This document shows positions 51,999-62,592 of a stretch of 64,000 nt of DNA, piece by piece. Each line of letters starts with the position of its first letter. The stretch's first letter is position 1. Location: positions 1,303-65,302 of the forward strand of contig CAMZLM010000019.1 in NCBI GenBank assembly GCA_947311485.1. The letters run 5' to 3'. The notes under the pieces are model-generated. The model did no database searches and was not told where the DNA came from. It saw only the letters and a list, made by a program, of their open reading frames with translations. The translations under genes and the position numbers were made by a program. This DNA is from an uncultured Rhodobacteraceae bacterium (GTDB lineage Bacteria > Pseudomonadota > Alphaproteobacteria > Rhodobacterales > Rhodobacteraceae).

Positions 51999-53125
51999 CA
52001 GTTGGACCCCTGCTTTTTCGTGAGTTCATTCAACGGCAGATACGGCACAACGCCCTGCCCGCCACTATTTTTATCAATGATAACCTTGTTCACACCGCCC
52101 AGAACCTTTTCCATGGTTTCCAGATACAGACGTTTTCGCGTTACTTCTGGTGCTTTGGCGTATTCGGTATAAACCGCGTTAAACCGCGAAGCTTCACCTT
52201 GCGCCTGATTGATCACCTGCGCGCGGTAACCTTCGGCTTCTTCTTGCAATTGCGCCGCTTCACCACGGGCCGCCGCCAGTTTCTGGTTGGCGTATTTATC
52301 GGCTTCTTTTTCCAGCGTATCGCGGGTTTGTTCCGCGGCCTGAACCTCGCGGAAGGCGTCGATCACCTCCATTGGCGGGTCGGCCTTTTCAAAGTTCACA
52401 CGCACCACATTCACGCCCGCATGATAGGAATCCAGCGTCGATTGAATCAGCGCCTCGAGTTCCTGCGTAATCACCCCGCGATCCCGGTTCAGGATCGGTG
52501 CCAGATTGGAACGGGCAATAATTTCACGCATGGCGGATTCGGATACGGCGGAAATTGTGTCTTCCGGATCGGCCAGATTGAACAGGAATTCTTGCAGGTT
52601 GTTGATGTTCCAAACCACCTGAAAATCGATGTCGACGATATTTTCATCACCCGTCAACATCAGCCCCGCATCAGAGCTTGACCCCCGACCGACACCGATA
52701 TCCACAGTCCGTTCCTGTGTTACCGGAATAATTTCCTTGGTCACAATCGGCCAAGGCGCAAAGTTGAGTCCTTCTTCGCCGGTTTGGGAATATTTGCCAA
52801 ACATCAGCTCGATGGATTGCTCCGATGTATCCACCCGATAAAAAGATGCAAACGTCCACACAGCAACCGCCGCCAGACCGATCAGCACAAATCCCCCCTT
52901 GCCGATGTTGCCACCGGAAGGCAGGCCACCGCCGCCACGATTATTGTTGCCTTTGCCGCCCATCAGAACACGTAGTTGTTCCTGACCTTTGCGCACGATC
53001 TCGTCGATCTCGGGCATTTGCGGGGGCTGGCCCGGCTTTTGGTTCTGTGGTTTACGCGGCTTATCGTCATTACCACGATTACCGCCACCGCCGCCCCAAG
53101 GGCCGCCTGAATTGTTGCTCGTCAT
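51998..53125 (-). CDS. hflK: FtsH modulator HflK
   Basis: Gly-rich N-terminus GPWGGGG, LMLTGDENIVD, TRKRLYLETME. Confidence 0.93.
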   Translation of the reverse strand: MTSNNSGGPWGGGGGNRGNDDKPRKPQNQKPGQPPQMPEIDEIVRKGQEQLRVLMGGKGNNNRGGGGLPSGGNIGKGGFVLIGLAAVAVWTFASFYRVDTSEQSIELMFGKYSQTGEEGLNFAPWPIVTKEIIPVTQERTVDIGVGRGSSSDAGLMLTGDENIVDIDFQVVWNINNLQEFLFNLADPEDTISAVSESAMREIIARSNLAPILNRDRGVITQELEALIQSTLDSYHAGVNVVRVNFEKADPPMEVIDAFREVQAAEQTRDTLEKEADKYANQKLAAARGEAAQLQEEAEGYRAQVINQAQGEASRFNAVYTEYAKAPEVTRKRLYLETMEKVLGGVNKVIIDKNSGGQGVVPYLPLNELTKKQGSN

Positions 53126-53191
53126 CTTTCGAGAATGTCCTTTCTTGCGAACTCTATAGGGCCATCTGTGCCCTTTTATCAAATAATCAAG

Positions 53192-54541
53192 CTATCTGAC
53201 AGGTGTTTTCATTGTAACCAGTTCTTCGGCGGCTGTCGGGTGCACCGCAACCGTCGCGTCAAAGTCTTCTTTGGTTGCGCCCATCTTCACGGCAACCCCT
53301 GCCAGCTGAATCATTTCGCCGGCCCCATGGCCCACAATATGACAGCCCAACACCTTGCGCGTGGCCTTGGAAACGATCAGTTTCATCAGCATCCGTTCGG
53401 AACTGCCGGCCAGAATATGCATCATCGGGCGGAAAGTTGCCTCGTAGACCTCGATGTCTTCGATATCGCGGGCGTCTTCTTCGCCAAGCCCCACGGTACC
53501 GATTTCCGGCAGGGTGAACACGGCAGTCGGGATCAGGTCGTGGTCGGGGCTGCTGGGGTTGTCATGGAACACGGTTTCCACAAAGGCCACGCCTTCGCGG
53601 ATGGCCACCGGCGTCAGGTTCACCCGATCGGTCACATCCCCCACCGCATAAATCGACGGCACAGAGGTTTGCGAATATTCATTCACCGCGATTTCACCTT
53701 TGCGACCTTGCGCGACACCCGCAACATCCAGCCCCAGATCCTTCACACAAGGCACCCGCCCCGTGGCGTACAGGATGGTGTCAAATTCATGTTTCTGGCC
53801 ATTTGTACAGGTCACAACCAACGTGTCGCCCTGTTTATCAATATGAGTCACATCCGTGCCCACATGCAGATTAACGCCCTTCTGGCGCATTTCCTCGGCC
53901 ACGAAACCGCGGACCTCGCCATCAAACCCGCGCAGGATTTGTTCGCCGCGATAAAACTGGGTGGCTTCAGTGCCCAGCCCGTTCATAATACAGGCAAATT
54001 CACAAGCGATATAGCCCCCGCCCACCACCAGCATCCGCTTGGGTTGGCGTTCAAGATGGAAAATCTCGTTCGACGTAATCGCGTGTTCGCTGCCCGGCAC
54101 CGGTGGCACAAACGGGGTACCGCCCGTGGCCACCAGAATGGTTTTGGCCGTAAACGTCTGTCCAGTGGACAAAGCGACCGAATGGGGACCGGTCAGGGTC
54201 GCACGGGCGTCAAACAGCTCGACCCCCGCTCCCTTGAGGTTTTTGGCGTAAATTTGTTCCAGCCGGTGGATTTCATCATCCTTGGCGGCAATCAGTTTGG
54301 ACCAGTCAAAACGGGTTTCCCCCACAGTCCAGCCAAACCCTTTGGCGTTTTGAAACGATTTGGCAAATTCCGAAGCATAGACCATCAGCTTCTTCGGCAC
54401 ACAGCCCCGAATAACACAGGTGCCGCCATAACGGTATTCTTCGGCCAACCCGACCTTGGCCCCAGTATTGGAGGCCAACCGCGCCGAACGCACTCCGCCC
54501 GAGCCGCCGCCAATCACAAACAGGTCGTAATCATAGTCCAT
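53192..54541 (-). CDS. gor: Glutathione-disulfide reductase
   Basis: GGGSGG, GGTCVIRGCVPKK, GGGYIACE, HPTAAEE. Confidence 0.94.
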   Translation of the reverse strand: MDYDYDLFVIGGGSGGVRSARLASNTGAKVGLAEEYRYGGTCVIRGCVPKKLMVYASEFAKSFQNAKGFGWTVGETRFDWSKLIAAKDDEIHRLEQIYAKNLKGAGVELFDARATLTGPHSVALSTGQTFTAKTILVATGGTPFVPPVPGSEHAITSNEIFHLERQPKRMLVVGGGYIACEFACIMNGLGTEATQFYRGEQILRGFDGEVRGFVAEEMRQKGVNLHVGTDVTHIDKQGDTLVVTCTNGQKHEFDTILYATGRVPCVKDLGLDVAGVAQGRKGEIAVNEYSQTSVPSIYAVGDVTDRVNLTPVAIREGVAFVETVFHDNPSSPDHDLIPTAVFTLPEIGTVGLGEEDARDIEDIEVYEATFRPMMHILAGSSERMLMKLIVSKATRKVLGCHIVGHGAGEMIQLAGVAVKMGATKEDFDATVAVHPTAAEELVTMKTPVR

Positions 54542-54545
54542 GTAC

Positions 54546-55328
54546 TTAATCCTCGATGTCCGCAAACAGATTGTCATTCAACAAAATGTCAATTTGTTCA
54601 TTTTCAACGGTTCCGTTGTTGATATCCCTGACTTCGACCCGACCGTCACCATGTCCAATCACAATCGCATCAGCCACATCCAGAAACAGGCCGTTTTCCA
54701 CAACTCCCGGCACCTGATTAAGGATCAAAGACAGCTCGCGCGGGTTTTCGATCCGTTTCAAATGCAGGTCCAGAATATAATGGGCCTCGTCCGTCAGCAA
54801 CGGGCCGTCATCCTGCATCCGCAGGGAAACCGCTTCCCCCAACACACTGACATTGCTCAGGCATTCCTCGATCAGCTGCTTGGTTGTTTGCCAGCCGAAT
54901 TTCACCACCTCGACCGGCAGGGCAAAGGCCCCAAGCACATCCACGGATTTGGATGCATCCGTAATCACCACCATCTGATCCGATGCCGTCGCCACGATTT
55001 TTTCTTGCAACAACGCCCCGCCGCCGCCTTTGATCAGGTTCAAACCCGGGTCGAATTCATCCGCCCCGTCAATGGTCAGATCCAGCCATTTGACCTCGTC
55101 CAGCGTATACACATCAATCCCGACATCGCGCGCCAGCTGCGCCGTGCGTTCCGAGGTCGGCACCGCGCGGAATTTCAGGCCTTCGTCACGGAGCAGTTCG
55201 CCCAGAATTTTCACCATCCACGCCGCCGTAGATCCGGTACCCAGCCCTACCCGCATACCGTCTTCGACAAAATCCACCGCCCGTTTCGCCGCGACAAATT
55301 TCGCCTTGTCAATTGGAGAGAATTCCAT
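54546..55328 (-). CDS. rpiA: Ribose-5-phosphate isomerase A
   Basis: GLGTGSTA, DGADE, IKGGGGALLQEK, PVEV, GVVENGLF. Confidence 0.95.
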   Translation of the reverse strand: MEFSPIDKAKFVAAKRAVDFVEDGMRVGLGTGSTAAWMVKILGELLRDEGLKFRAVPTSERTAQLARDVGIDVYTLDEVKWLDLTIDGADEFDPGLNLIKGGGGALLQEKIVATASDQMVVITDASKSVDVLGAFALPVEVVKFGWQTTKQLIEECLSNVSVLGEAVSLRMQDDGPLLTDEAHYILDLHLKRIENPRELSLILNQVPGVVENGLFLDVADAIVIGHGDGRVEVRDINNGTVENEQIDILLNDNLFADIED

Positions 55329-55518
55329 GCCTGATCCGCCCTGTAAACCGTGTTCGTTTTCTTATACGGGCAATCCACGCAGGCAGTAAGGGTGAATTCG
55401 TCGCCCTTTGCGAAAAACTGTCCGCAAGGACCGTCAAAACGGCTGTAAAATGTCGTTTCTGGACTTTCTTAACCGGCCCTGATGGCGCATTCAGGGCCAG
55501 TTAATAAGGACTGTTTTC

Positions 55519-56895
55519 ATGTTTCTCAGCATCTTTGAAATCTTCAAGGTCGGCATCGGGCCGTCGTCCTCCCATACCATGGGGCCGATGACAGCGGCGG
55601 GACTGTTTCTGGATACGTTACTGGAACACCGGATCAAACCGGCACGCCTTGGCGCATCGCTGCATGGTTCGCTCGCCTTTACCGGCACGGGGCACCACAC
55701 CGATCGGGCGGTGGTGCTTGGGCTGGACGGGTTCACCCCCGAGGATTTTGACGCAACCGCCGCAAAAGCAGCAGAAAAACGCATAGCCACGCGGCGGCAG
55801 GTACAGCCAAAGGGCCATCCACCCTATGATTTCGACCCACAAAAAGACTTGAAATTCGATTATGATCTGGAACTGCCGGGCCACGCGAACGGCATGCGCC
55901 TGTTTGCGTATGATGCTTATGGCGCGCTGCTGTTCGAGGAAACCTACTATTCGGTCGGCGGGGGATTTGTGCTGACTGCAGCGGAAATCAACAACGTCGA
56001 ACAGGTACTGGATACCCGCGGCAAGGTTCCCCACCCGTTTCAGAATGCCGACCAGATGTTGGTGATGGCTTCTGCCAGCGGCAAGACCATCGCCCAGATG
56101 AAATGGGAAAACGAACAAGCCAGATCCGGACCGGAATGCTTGCGCAGCCGGATTGAACACCTGTGGGAGGTGATGAACACCTGCATCAATGACGGCCTGC
56201 AAACCAAAGGAATCCTGCCCGGCGGGTTGAACACACGCCGCCGCGCGATGGATATCCACGAACAACTTCTGGCAGAACAGGGCCAGAACGTGACCCCCCC
56301 GCATGTGATCAACGACTGGATCGCCGCCTATGCCATGGCCGTAAACGAGGAAAACGCCGCCGGTGGGCGGGTTGTGACCTCGCCCACCAACGGGGCGGCG
56401 GGCGTCATTCCGGCAACCCTGCGCTATCATCTGGACCACGTGCCAACGGCGCAGGCCTCGGATGTGGTGGATTTCCTGCTGACGGCCTCGGCGATAGGCG
56501 GGGTAATCAAACACAACGCCTCCATTTCCGGTGCCGAAGTCGGCTGTCAGGGCGAAGTCGGATCAGCCTCTGCCATGGCGGCGGCGGGTTTGTGTGCGGT
56601 TCTGGGCGGCACACCGCAACAGGTGGAAAACGCCGCTGAAATTGCGCTGGAGCATCACCTCGGCATGACTTGCGACCCGATCAAGGGGCTGGTGCAGGCC
56701 CCTTGCATTGAACGCAACGGGCTTGGCGCGATCAAGGCTGTCTCTGCCGCATCGCTCGCACTGCGCGGGGATGGCAAACATCTGGTACCGCTGGATCACT
56801 GCATCCAGACCATGCTGCAAACCGGCCTTGATATGCACAGCAAATACAAGGAAACCTCGTTGGGTGGTCTGGCTGTAAACTTGCCAGCTTGCTAA
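55519..56895 (+). CDS. sdaA: Fe-S L-serine dehydratase
   Basis: [35 protein letters not shown]...PCIERN. Confidence 0.93.
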   Translation: MFLSIFEIFKVGIGPSSSHTMGPMTAAGLFLDTLLEHRIKPARLGASLHGSLAFTGTGHHTDRAVVLGLDGFTPEDFDATAAKAAEKRIATRRQVQPKGHPPYDFDPQKDLKFDYDLELPGHANGMRLFAYDAYGALLFEETYYSVGGGFVLTAAEINNVEQVLDTRGKVPHPFQNADQMLVMASASGKTIAQMKWENEQARSGPECLRSRIEHLWEVMNTCINDGLQTKGILPGGLNTRRRAMDIHEQLLAEQGQNVTPPHVINDWIAAYAMAVNEENAAGGRVVTSPTNGAAGVIPATLRYHLDHVPTAQASDVVDFLLTASAIGGVIKHNASISGAEVGCQGEVGSASAMAAAGLCAVLGGTPQQVENAAEIALEHHLGMTCDPIKGLVQAPCIERNGLGAIKAVSAASLALRGDGKHLVPLDHCIQTMLQTGLDMHSKYKETSLGGLAVNLPAC

Positions 56896-56990
56896 ACAAC
56901 TCATATCCGCAAAAGATGAGCATTGGCTCCGCGCTTGCAAGTAATGTTTCACATTAGAGTCAGGACCGGCAGCACGCCTTTTGTTTGATT

Positions 56991-57068
56991 TTCGAATTCG
57001 TAAAAAATATCCCCGCCGGAGGCACAAAACTTTTATGCCTCCGGCGGGGATATTTAGACGAATTCGAA
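56991..57068. repeat. 78-bp inverted repeat between convergent sdaA and sdhB
   Basis: AAATATCCCCGCCGGAGGCA (57005-24) and TGCCTCCGGCGGGGATATTT (57036-55) form a perfect 20-bp stem, extended by TTCGAATTCGT/ACGAATTCGAA. Confidence 0.85.
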
Positions 57069-57082
57069 GTAGAACAGGTGCT

Positions 57083-57859
57083 TTACAGCGTGCGTTCTAC
57101 CATCATCTTTTTGATTTCCGCGATTGCCTTGGCCGGGTTGAGGCCTTTGGGGCAAGTCTGCGTGCAATTCATGATCGTGTGACAACGGTAGAGCTTGAAC
57201 GGGTCTTGCAGTTCGTCCAGACGGGTGCCGGTGGCTTCGTCGCGGCTGTCGATGATCCAGCGATAGGCATGCAACAGGGCCGCCGGGCCGAGGTAGCGGT
57301 CGGAATTCCACCAATAGCTCGGGCAGCTGGTAGAGCAGCTGGCACACATGACGCATTCATAGAGACCATCAAGTTTTTTGCGGTCCTCGATGGTTTGACG
57401 CCATTCCGTTTCCGGCGCGCTGGTCACGGTTTCGAGCCATGGCATAATGCTCGCGTGCTGGGCATAGAAGTTGGTCAGATCGGGGATCAAATCCTTGACC
57501 ACCGGCATGTGGGGCAGTGGATAAATCCGCACATCACCCTTGATTTCATCCATGCCGAAAATACAGGCCAGCGTATTCTTTCCATCAATATTCATCGCAC
57601 AAGACCCGCAGATGCCCTCGCGGCAGGACCGCCGGAAGGTCAGTGTCGGATCGATTTCGCTTTTGATCTTGATCAGCGCATCCAACACCATCGGGCCGCA
57701 ATCGTCCATATCGACGAAATAGGTATCCACGCGCGGATTGGCGGTGTCATCCGGATTATAGCGGTATATTTTAAAGGCCCGCACATTGGCACCTGCCGGT
57801 TTTGGCCATGTTTTACCCACGGTCATGCGCGAATTTTTCGGGAGGGTCAGTTCTACCAT
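57083..57859 (-). CDS. sdhB: Succinate dehydrogenase iron-sulfur subunit
   Basis: [34 protein letters not shown]. Confidence 0.96.
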   Translation of the reverse strand: MVELTLPKNSRMTVGKTWPKPAGANVRAFKIYRYNPDDTANPRVDTYFVDMDDCGPMVLDALIKIKSEIDPTLTFRRSCREGICGSCAMNIDGKNTLACIFGMDEIKGDVRIYPLPHMPVVKDLIPDLTNFYAQHASIMPWLETVTSAPETEWRQTIEDRKKLDGLYECVMCASCSTSCPSYWWNSDRYLGPAALLHAYRWIIDSRDEATGTRLDELQDPFKLYRCHTIMNCTQTCPKGLNPAKAIAEIKKMMVERTL

Positions 57860-57917
57860 GGTAAGTCTCCGATTGGCGGAATATTGGGTCTGTTTATTTT
57901 ATCGGGGATACCACGCA

Positions 57918-58205
57918 TCATTTGCGCAGCACCTTGTTCAGGCTAAAAACCTTGCTCTGGTTCAACACGAATTTTTGCGGCGGGTTTACCCCTGCCTTTG
58001 CGTGATAACAGGAGCGGTAAAAATCCTGCACTTGCAGCAAGCCCGGAAATTCACCGGAAGCGCCGCGTAGGGTGTCGGCAAATTGCAAGCTGCGTTCGGA
58101 ACACACCGCACGCGCCTGTTCGCCGGAAACCAGTGTACGATTATCAGCGCAAGCAACGATGGGAACAAGCAAAGCCGCCACCAAAGAATACTTAGCAATT
58201 TTCAT
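57918..58205 (-). CDS. 95-aa lipoprotein with two-Cys motif
   Basis: MKIAKYSLVAALLVPIVAC lipobox; C..YRSC..AKxG..PP. Confidence 0.7.
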   Translation of the reverse strand: MKIAKYSLVAALLVPIVACADNRTLVSGEQARAVCSERSLQFADTLRGASGEFPGLLQVQDFYRSCYHAKAGVNPPQKFVLNQSKVFSLNKVLRK

Positions 58206-58224
58206 TGTACATCCCTTTCCACTA

Positions 58225-58518
58225 TTATTTCCAAACAACGCCGATGCTGGCGGAGCCGGAAATACGCAAACCGGTTTTGCGGGGCTGCCGCGGCGGATAC
58301 TGCCCTGATTTTGCCCGTACACAACTGCGGTAATACTGTTGTTGACGGTCGGAATCGACGGTTTCACCGCCCTGACCAAACAGGGTATCGCCATAAGCAG
58401 AGGCAGATTGCGCGCATTGTGCCATGGCCGCAGCAAGCGGAATGCGCACGCCGGCGAACCCTGCCGATGTGCCAATCCCGAGGACGGCCAAAATGAACAC
58501 CATAATGCGCACAGTCAT
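58225..58518 (-). CDS. 97-aa exported protein, paralogue of 57918-58205
   Basis: Signal peptide; C..YRSC..AKxG..PP; ends SASIGVVWK. Confidence 0.7.
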   Translation of the reverse strand: MTVRIMVFILAVLGIGTSAGFAGVRIPLAAAMAQCAQSASAYGDTLFGQGGETVDSDRQQQYYRSCVRAKSGQYPPRQPRKTGLRISGSASIGVVWK

Positions 58519-58523
58519 TTCCT

Positions 58524-60329
58524 CTAGTAGACCCGTTTTTTCGGAGCCAGTTTTTTCATATCGATGCCACCATCCTTTTCGGCAGACAGCGGTTCCACAT
58601 GAACGTTGCGATAGGTGAGCTTGACCTTGTTGCCGTCGACCTTGGCCAGCGTGTGTTTGCGCCAGGTTTTGTCATCGCGATCGGGGAAATCCTCGCGCGC
58701 GTGGGCACCGCGGCTTTCTTTGCGGGCCAAGGCACCGTGGATCGTCGCCAGCGCATTGGGCATCAGGTTGGTCAGTTCCAGTGTTTCCATCAGATCGGAA
58801 TTCCAGATCAACGACCGGTCGGTGACATGCAGGTCATCCAGCTTGGCCGCGACTTTGGTCATTTTCTCAACGCCTTCGGCCAGGGTTTCCTCGGTGCGGA
58901 ACACTGCCGCATCCTGTTGCATGGTCACCTGCATTTCGTTGCGCAATTCCGCCGTGGAAATACCGCCTTTGGCGTGGCGCAGATTGTCAAAACGCTCCAT
59001 GGCCTGATCAACCGATGCCTCGTTCAAGGCCCGATTGGGTTCTTTGGGATCGACAATTTCGCCAGCCTTGATCGCGGCGGCGCGTCCAAAGACCACCAGA
59101 TCGATCAACGAGTTGGACCCAAGCCGGTTGGCCCCGTGAACCGAAGCACAGCCAGCTTCGCCCACGGCCATCAGGCCGGGAAGAATACGGTCATGGTTGC
59201 GCGCGGTCGGGTTCAACACCTCGCCCCAATAGTTGGTGGGGATACCGCCCATGTTGTAGTGCACGGTCGGCAGCACCGGAATCGGTTCTTTGGTCAGGTC
59301 CACACCGGCAAAAATACGTGCGCTTTCGGTGATACCCGGCAGGCGTTCGGCAAGGGCTTCTGGCGGCAGATGGCTCAGGTTCAGGTGAATGTGGTCCTTT
59401 TTCGGCCCCACACCGCGACCGGCGCGAATTTCCATAGTCATGCAACGCGACACCACATCACGGCTGGCCAGATCCTTGTAAGTCGGCGCGTAGCGTTCCA
59501 TGAAACGTTCGCCTTCGGAGTTGGTCAGATACCCCCCCTCGCCGCGCGCGCCTTCGGTGATCAGACACCCCGCACCGTAGATGCCGGTCGGGTGGAATTG
59601 CACAAATTCCATATCCTGAAGCGCCAGCCCTGCACGGGCAACCATACCGCCACCGTCACCGGTACAGGTATGGGCAGAGGTGGCGCTAAAGAACGCACGG
59701 CCATAGCCACCGGTTGCCAACACCACCATTTTGGCGTTGAAACGGTGGATGGTGCCGTCGTCGAGCTTCCATGCCAGAAGACCCTGACAGGAACCGTCCT
59801 CGGCCATAATCAGGTCAATGGCGAAATATTCGATAAAGAATTCGGCGTTGTGTTTCAGCGACTGGCCATAGAGCGTGTGCAAAATGGCGTGGCCGGTACG
59901 GTCGGCGGCGGCGCAGGTACGTTGCACCGGCGGGCCTTCGCCAAATTCGGTGGTGTGACCGCCGAAGGGGCGCTGATAGATTTTGCCTTCTTCGGTGCGG
60001 GAAAACGGCACGCCGTAGTGGTCCAGTTCGTAAACTGCTTTGGGGGCTTCGCGCACGAGGTATTCCTGCGCGTCCATATCACCGAGCCAGTCGGAACCTT
60101 TGACTGTGTCGTACATGTGCCATTGCCAGTGGTCCGGCCCCATATTTTTCAGGCTGGCCGCAATGCCCCCCTGGGCCGCAACCGTGTGGGAACGGGTCGG
60201 GAAAACCTTGGTAACGCAGGCCGTTTTCAGGCCTTGTTCAGCCATGCCGAGCGTGGCACGCAGACCGGCCCCGCCGGCCCCGACAACAACAACATCATAA
60301 GTGTGATCGACATATTCGTAAGCAGACAT
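58524..60329 (-). CDS. sdhA: Succinate dehydrogenase flavoprotein subunit
   Basis: [16 protein letters not shown] (FAD-His), QFHPT, HGANRLG. Confidence 0.97.
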   Translation of the reverse strand: MSAYEYVDHTYDVVVVGAGGAGLRATLGMAEQGLKTACVTKVFPTRSHTVAAQGGIAASLKNMGPDHWQWHMYDTVKGSDWLGDMDAQEYLVREAPKAVYELDHYGVPFSRTEEGKIYQRPFGGHTTEFGEGPPVQRTCAAADRTGHAILHTLYGQSLKHNAEFFIEYFAIDLIMAEDGSCQGLLAWKLDDGTIHRFNAKMVVLATGGYGRAFFSATSAHTCTGDGGGMVARAGLALQDMEFVQFHPTGIYGAGCLITEGARGEGGYLTNSEGERFMERYAPTYKDLASRDVVSRCMTMEIRAGRGVGPKKDHIHLNLSHLPPEALAERLPGITESARIFAGVDLTKEPIPVLPTVHYNMGGIPTNYWGEVLNPTARNHDRILPGLMAVGEAGCASVHGANRLGSNSLIDLVVFGRAAAIKAGEIVDPKEPNRALNEASVDQAMERFDNLRHAKGGISTAELRNEMQVTMQQDAAVFRTEETLAEGVEKMTKVAAKLDDLHVTDRSLIWNSDLMETLELTNLMPNALATIHGALARKESRGAHAREDFPDRDDKTWRKHTLAKVDGNKVKLTYRNVHVEPLSAEKDGGIDMKKLAPKKRVY

Positions 60330-60341
60330 GATATTCTCCGA

Positions 60342-60722
60342 TCAAGCGCCAAGGGCGATTTGGGCCACGGCGTAAGCGCCTGCAAAGCCAAGAAACAGAC
60401 ACCCCAGACGGGTGAGCACCAACAGCACCACCAAGGGGCCTTTGGTGTGGACGTAATCAACGATCACTTCCTTGAGGCCATCGGCCAGATGGCGAAAACC
60501 GACCAGCAAAAACAGGATGGTGCAGATCGCAACAAAGGGGTGCTGCAAGGTTGTGACCAATTCAGCGCGGGTGCCGCCGATTTGTGGCGCAACCGTGAAC
60601 AGAAAAATCAGCGTCAGCGGGATCAGGGCCACAGATGTCAGGCGGTTGATCCACCATTCATGAGCGCCCTCGCGGGCAGAGCCAAGGCCGATCACACGGC
60701 CCATTGGTGTTTTGAAGCTCAT
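60342..60722 (-). CDS. sdhD: Succinate dehydrogenase membrane anchor
   Basis: GLGSAREGAHEWW..R, H...G...VIVDYVH. Confidence 0.92.
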   Translation of the reverse strand: MSFKTPMGRVIGLGSAREGAHEWWINRLTSVALIPLTLIFLFTVAPQIGGTRAELVTTLQHPFVAICTILFLLVGFRHLADGLKEVIVDYVHTKGPLVVLLVLTRLGCLFLGFAGAYAVAQIALGA

Positions 60723-60731
60723 CTTACCCTC

Positions 60732-61115
60732 CTACATCAACAACAAGGACAGGGCGGTCAAAACCACACTGCCAATGACCAGCACCCAGCCGGATTTATT
60801 GACGGTTTCAATGTCGTAGCCATAGCCAAAATCCATCCACAGATGGCGCAACCCGCCAAGGAAATGAAACCACAAAGCCCAGAGCGACCCGACAAGGATC
60901 AGCAGGCCAAGCCAGCTGGTCAACATGCCGTTGATATAATTATAGTAGCTCTCGGAAGTGGCGGCTGCGATCAGCCACCAAACAATCAGAAAACCGGCCA
61001 GCGCCATGCCGACACCGGTAATCCGGTTCACAATCGAGGTCATCATGTTGATTTCCCGCCGGTAAATTTCCATATGCGGGGAAAGGGGCCGGTTCGGAAC
61101 GTTTGCGTCAGCCAT
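60732..61115 (-). CDS. sdhC: Succinate dehydrogenase cytochrome b556 subunit
   Basis: RPLSPH, SIVNRITG, HFLGGLRHL.MD. Confidence 0.92.
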   Translation of the reverse strand: MADANVPNRPLSPHMEIYRREINMMTSIVNRITGVGMALAGFLIVWWLIAAATSESYYNYINGMLTSWLGLLILVGSLWALWFHFLGGLRHLWMDFGYGYDIETVNKSGWVLVIGSVVLTALSLLLM

Positions 61116-61239
61116 GGGGTTCCCTTTTATAATAATAGTATGATCCACGGCCAGATTACCCTATTCACGCGGCGGATCAAAGGGTCTGCATACAGTTTTA
61201 TACCGATAAATCGGGGTTTTTTGCCGATTTTTTACTCTC

Positions 61240-61269
61240 GTGATCACAAATTTTTTCAATGTGATCACA
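61240..61269. promoter_or_regulatory. Tandem GTGATCAC palindromes upstream of sdhC
   Basis: GTGATCAC at 61240-47 and 61261-68, 21 bp apart. Confidence 0.45.
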
Positions 61270-61318
61270 TAAGAGAGACTCAGGCGGAATTTCGTTATTC
61301 TGTTACCTTGCGAGCTCA

Positions 61319-61377
61319 GGGGGCGTTGCCCCCCCGGCCCTTGCGGGCTTCCTCCGGGTTATTTCCGGCAAACAAAT
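61319..61377. repeat. Double-hairpin intergenic element (candidate dispersed Rhodobacteraceae repeat or terminator)
   Basis: GGGGG-CGTTG-CCCCC and GCCC-TTGC-GGGC, then CCTCCGG..TATTT resembling the arm of the 57036 repeat. Confidence 0.35.
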
Positions 61378-61383
61378 AGCAGG

Positions 61384-62565
61384 TCAGCCTTGGTGAAAAG
61401 CTCGCTGCAAATCCGCAATCAGGTCGTCGGCGGATTCAATACCGACGGAAAGGCGGATCATGTCTTCGCTGACACCGGCGGCCTCGCGCTTTTCGGCGGG
61501 GACTGTTTTATGGGTCAGGGAAGCCGGATGCTGGATCAGGCTCTCGACACCGCCAAGGCTGACCGCGAAACCGAACAGATCGGTACGCTTCAGGATTTGC
61601 TCGACCCGCTCCGGCCCGCCGTTGACCCGCAGGGTGATGATTGCACCAAAACCCGACATCTGGCGCGCGGCAATGGCGTGGCCCGGATTGTCCGGCAGGC
61701 CCGGGTAGCGCACCGAAGACAGGCCATAGGCGGACTGGTTTTCCAGCAAGTGTTCAGCAATGCGCCCCGCGTTTTCGCAATGGCGCTGCATACGCACCGG
61801 CAGGGTTTTGACCGAACGTAGCAGCAGCGAGGAATCCATCGCGCTCAGCACCGCACCGGTAGCGTTCTGCATATACCCGATACGCTCACAAACGCCCTCG
61901 GGCGCATGGGCAGCCACAGCGGCAACGCCGGCCATCAGATCGGAATGTCCGCTGAGGAATTTTGTTGCGGAATGGACCACCACATCCACGCCCCATTCGA
62001 TCGGGCGTTGCAAATAAGGCGAGGCAAAAGTGTTGTCGCAAACCGTCATCGCCCCGCAATCGCGGGCGATCTGGGTGATTTTGGCGATGTCGATAATGCC
62101 CAACGTCGGATTGGAAGGGGTTTCAAACCACATCAGCGCGGTTTTGTCGGTAACAGCAGCGGCCACCGCATCCGGATCGGTGAAATCCACCTGTGTCACG
62201 TGATGACCATTGCTGCGCGGCATCAAATCATTGATCAGCCGGTAAATTCCGCCATAGAGATCATTATGCGCCACCACATGCGCCCCCGCATCCAGCGCCG
62301 CCAGAACAGAGGTCGCCGCCGACAGGCCGGTCGGAAACACAAAGGCGTCCTCGGCCCCTTCCAGATCGGCAAGGCAGCGCTCTATTGTCAGGCGGGTGGG
62401 GTTGCCGCTACGGGCATAGACATAGCCGCGATTTTTTCCGATCCCGTCCTGTACAAAGGTCGTGGCATGCACAATCGGCGTCACCACCGCGCCGGTTTGC
62501 GGATCCGGTTCCTGTCCGGCATGGATGGCGCGGGTTTCGAATTGCAACTGGTTGGATCGGGACAT
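61384..62565 (-). CDS. Cys/Met-metabolism PLP enzyme (cystathionine gamma-synthase/lyase family)
   Basis: TRAIHAG, YARSGNPT, FETPSNP, HSATKFLSGHSD, SLGGVESL, IRLSVGIE. Confidence 0.9.
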   Translation of the reverse strand: MSRSNQLQFETRAIHAGQEPDPQTGAVVTPIVHATTFVQDGIGKNRGYVYARSGNPTRLTIERCLADLEGAEDAFVFPTGLSAATSVLAALDAGAHVVAHNDLYGGIYRLINDLMPRSNGHHVTQVDFTDPDAVAAAVTDKTALMWFETPSNPTLGIIDIAKITQIARDCGAMTVCDNTFASPYLQRPIEWGVDVVVHSATKFLSGHSDLMAGVAAVAAHAPEGVCERIGYMQNATGAVLSAMDSSLLLRSVKTLPVRMQRHCENAGRIAEHLLENQSAYGLSSVRYPGLPDNPGHAIAARQMSGFGAIITLRVNGGPERVEQILKRTDLFGFAVSLGGVESLIQHPASLTHKTVPAEKREAAGVSEDMIRLSVGIESADDLIADLQRAFHQG

Positions 62566-62592
62566 GGGGAACCTTTCTGAAAATCTACACAT

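Noticed and set aside
55407-55414. Single TTTGCGAA upstream of sdaA (also TTCGCAAA at 44861)
   Set aside because: Lone imperfect 8-mers are expected by chance; no partner box.
58599-61379. 926-aa plus-strand ORF
   Set aside because: Antisense shadow of the highly biased sdhCDA genes.
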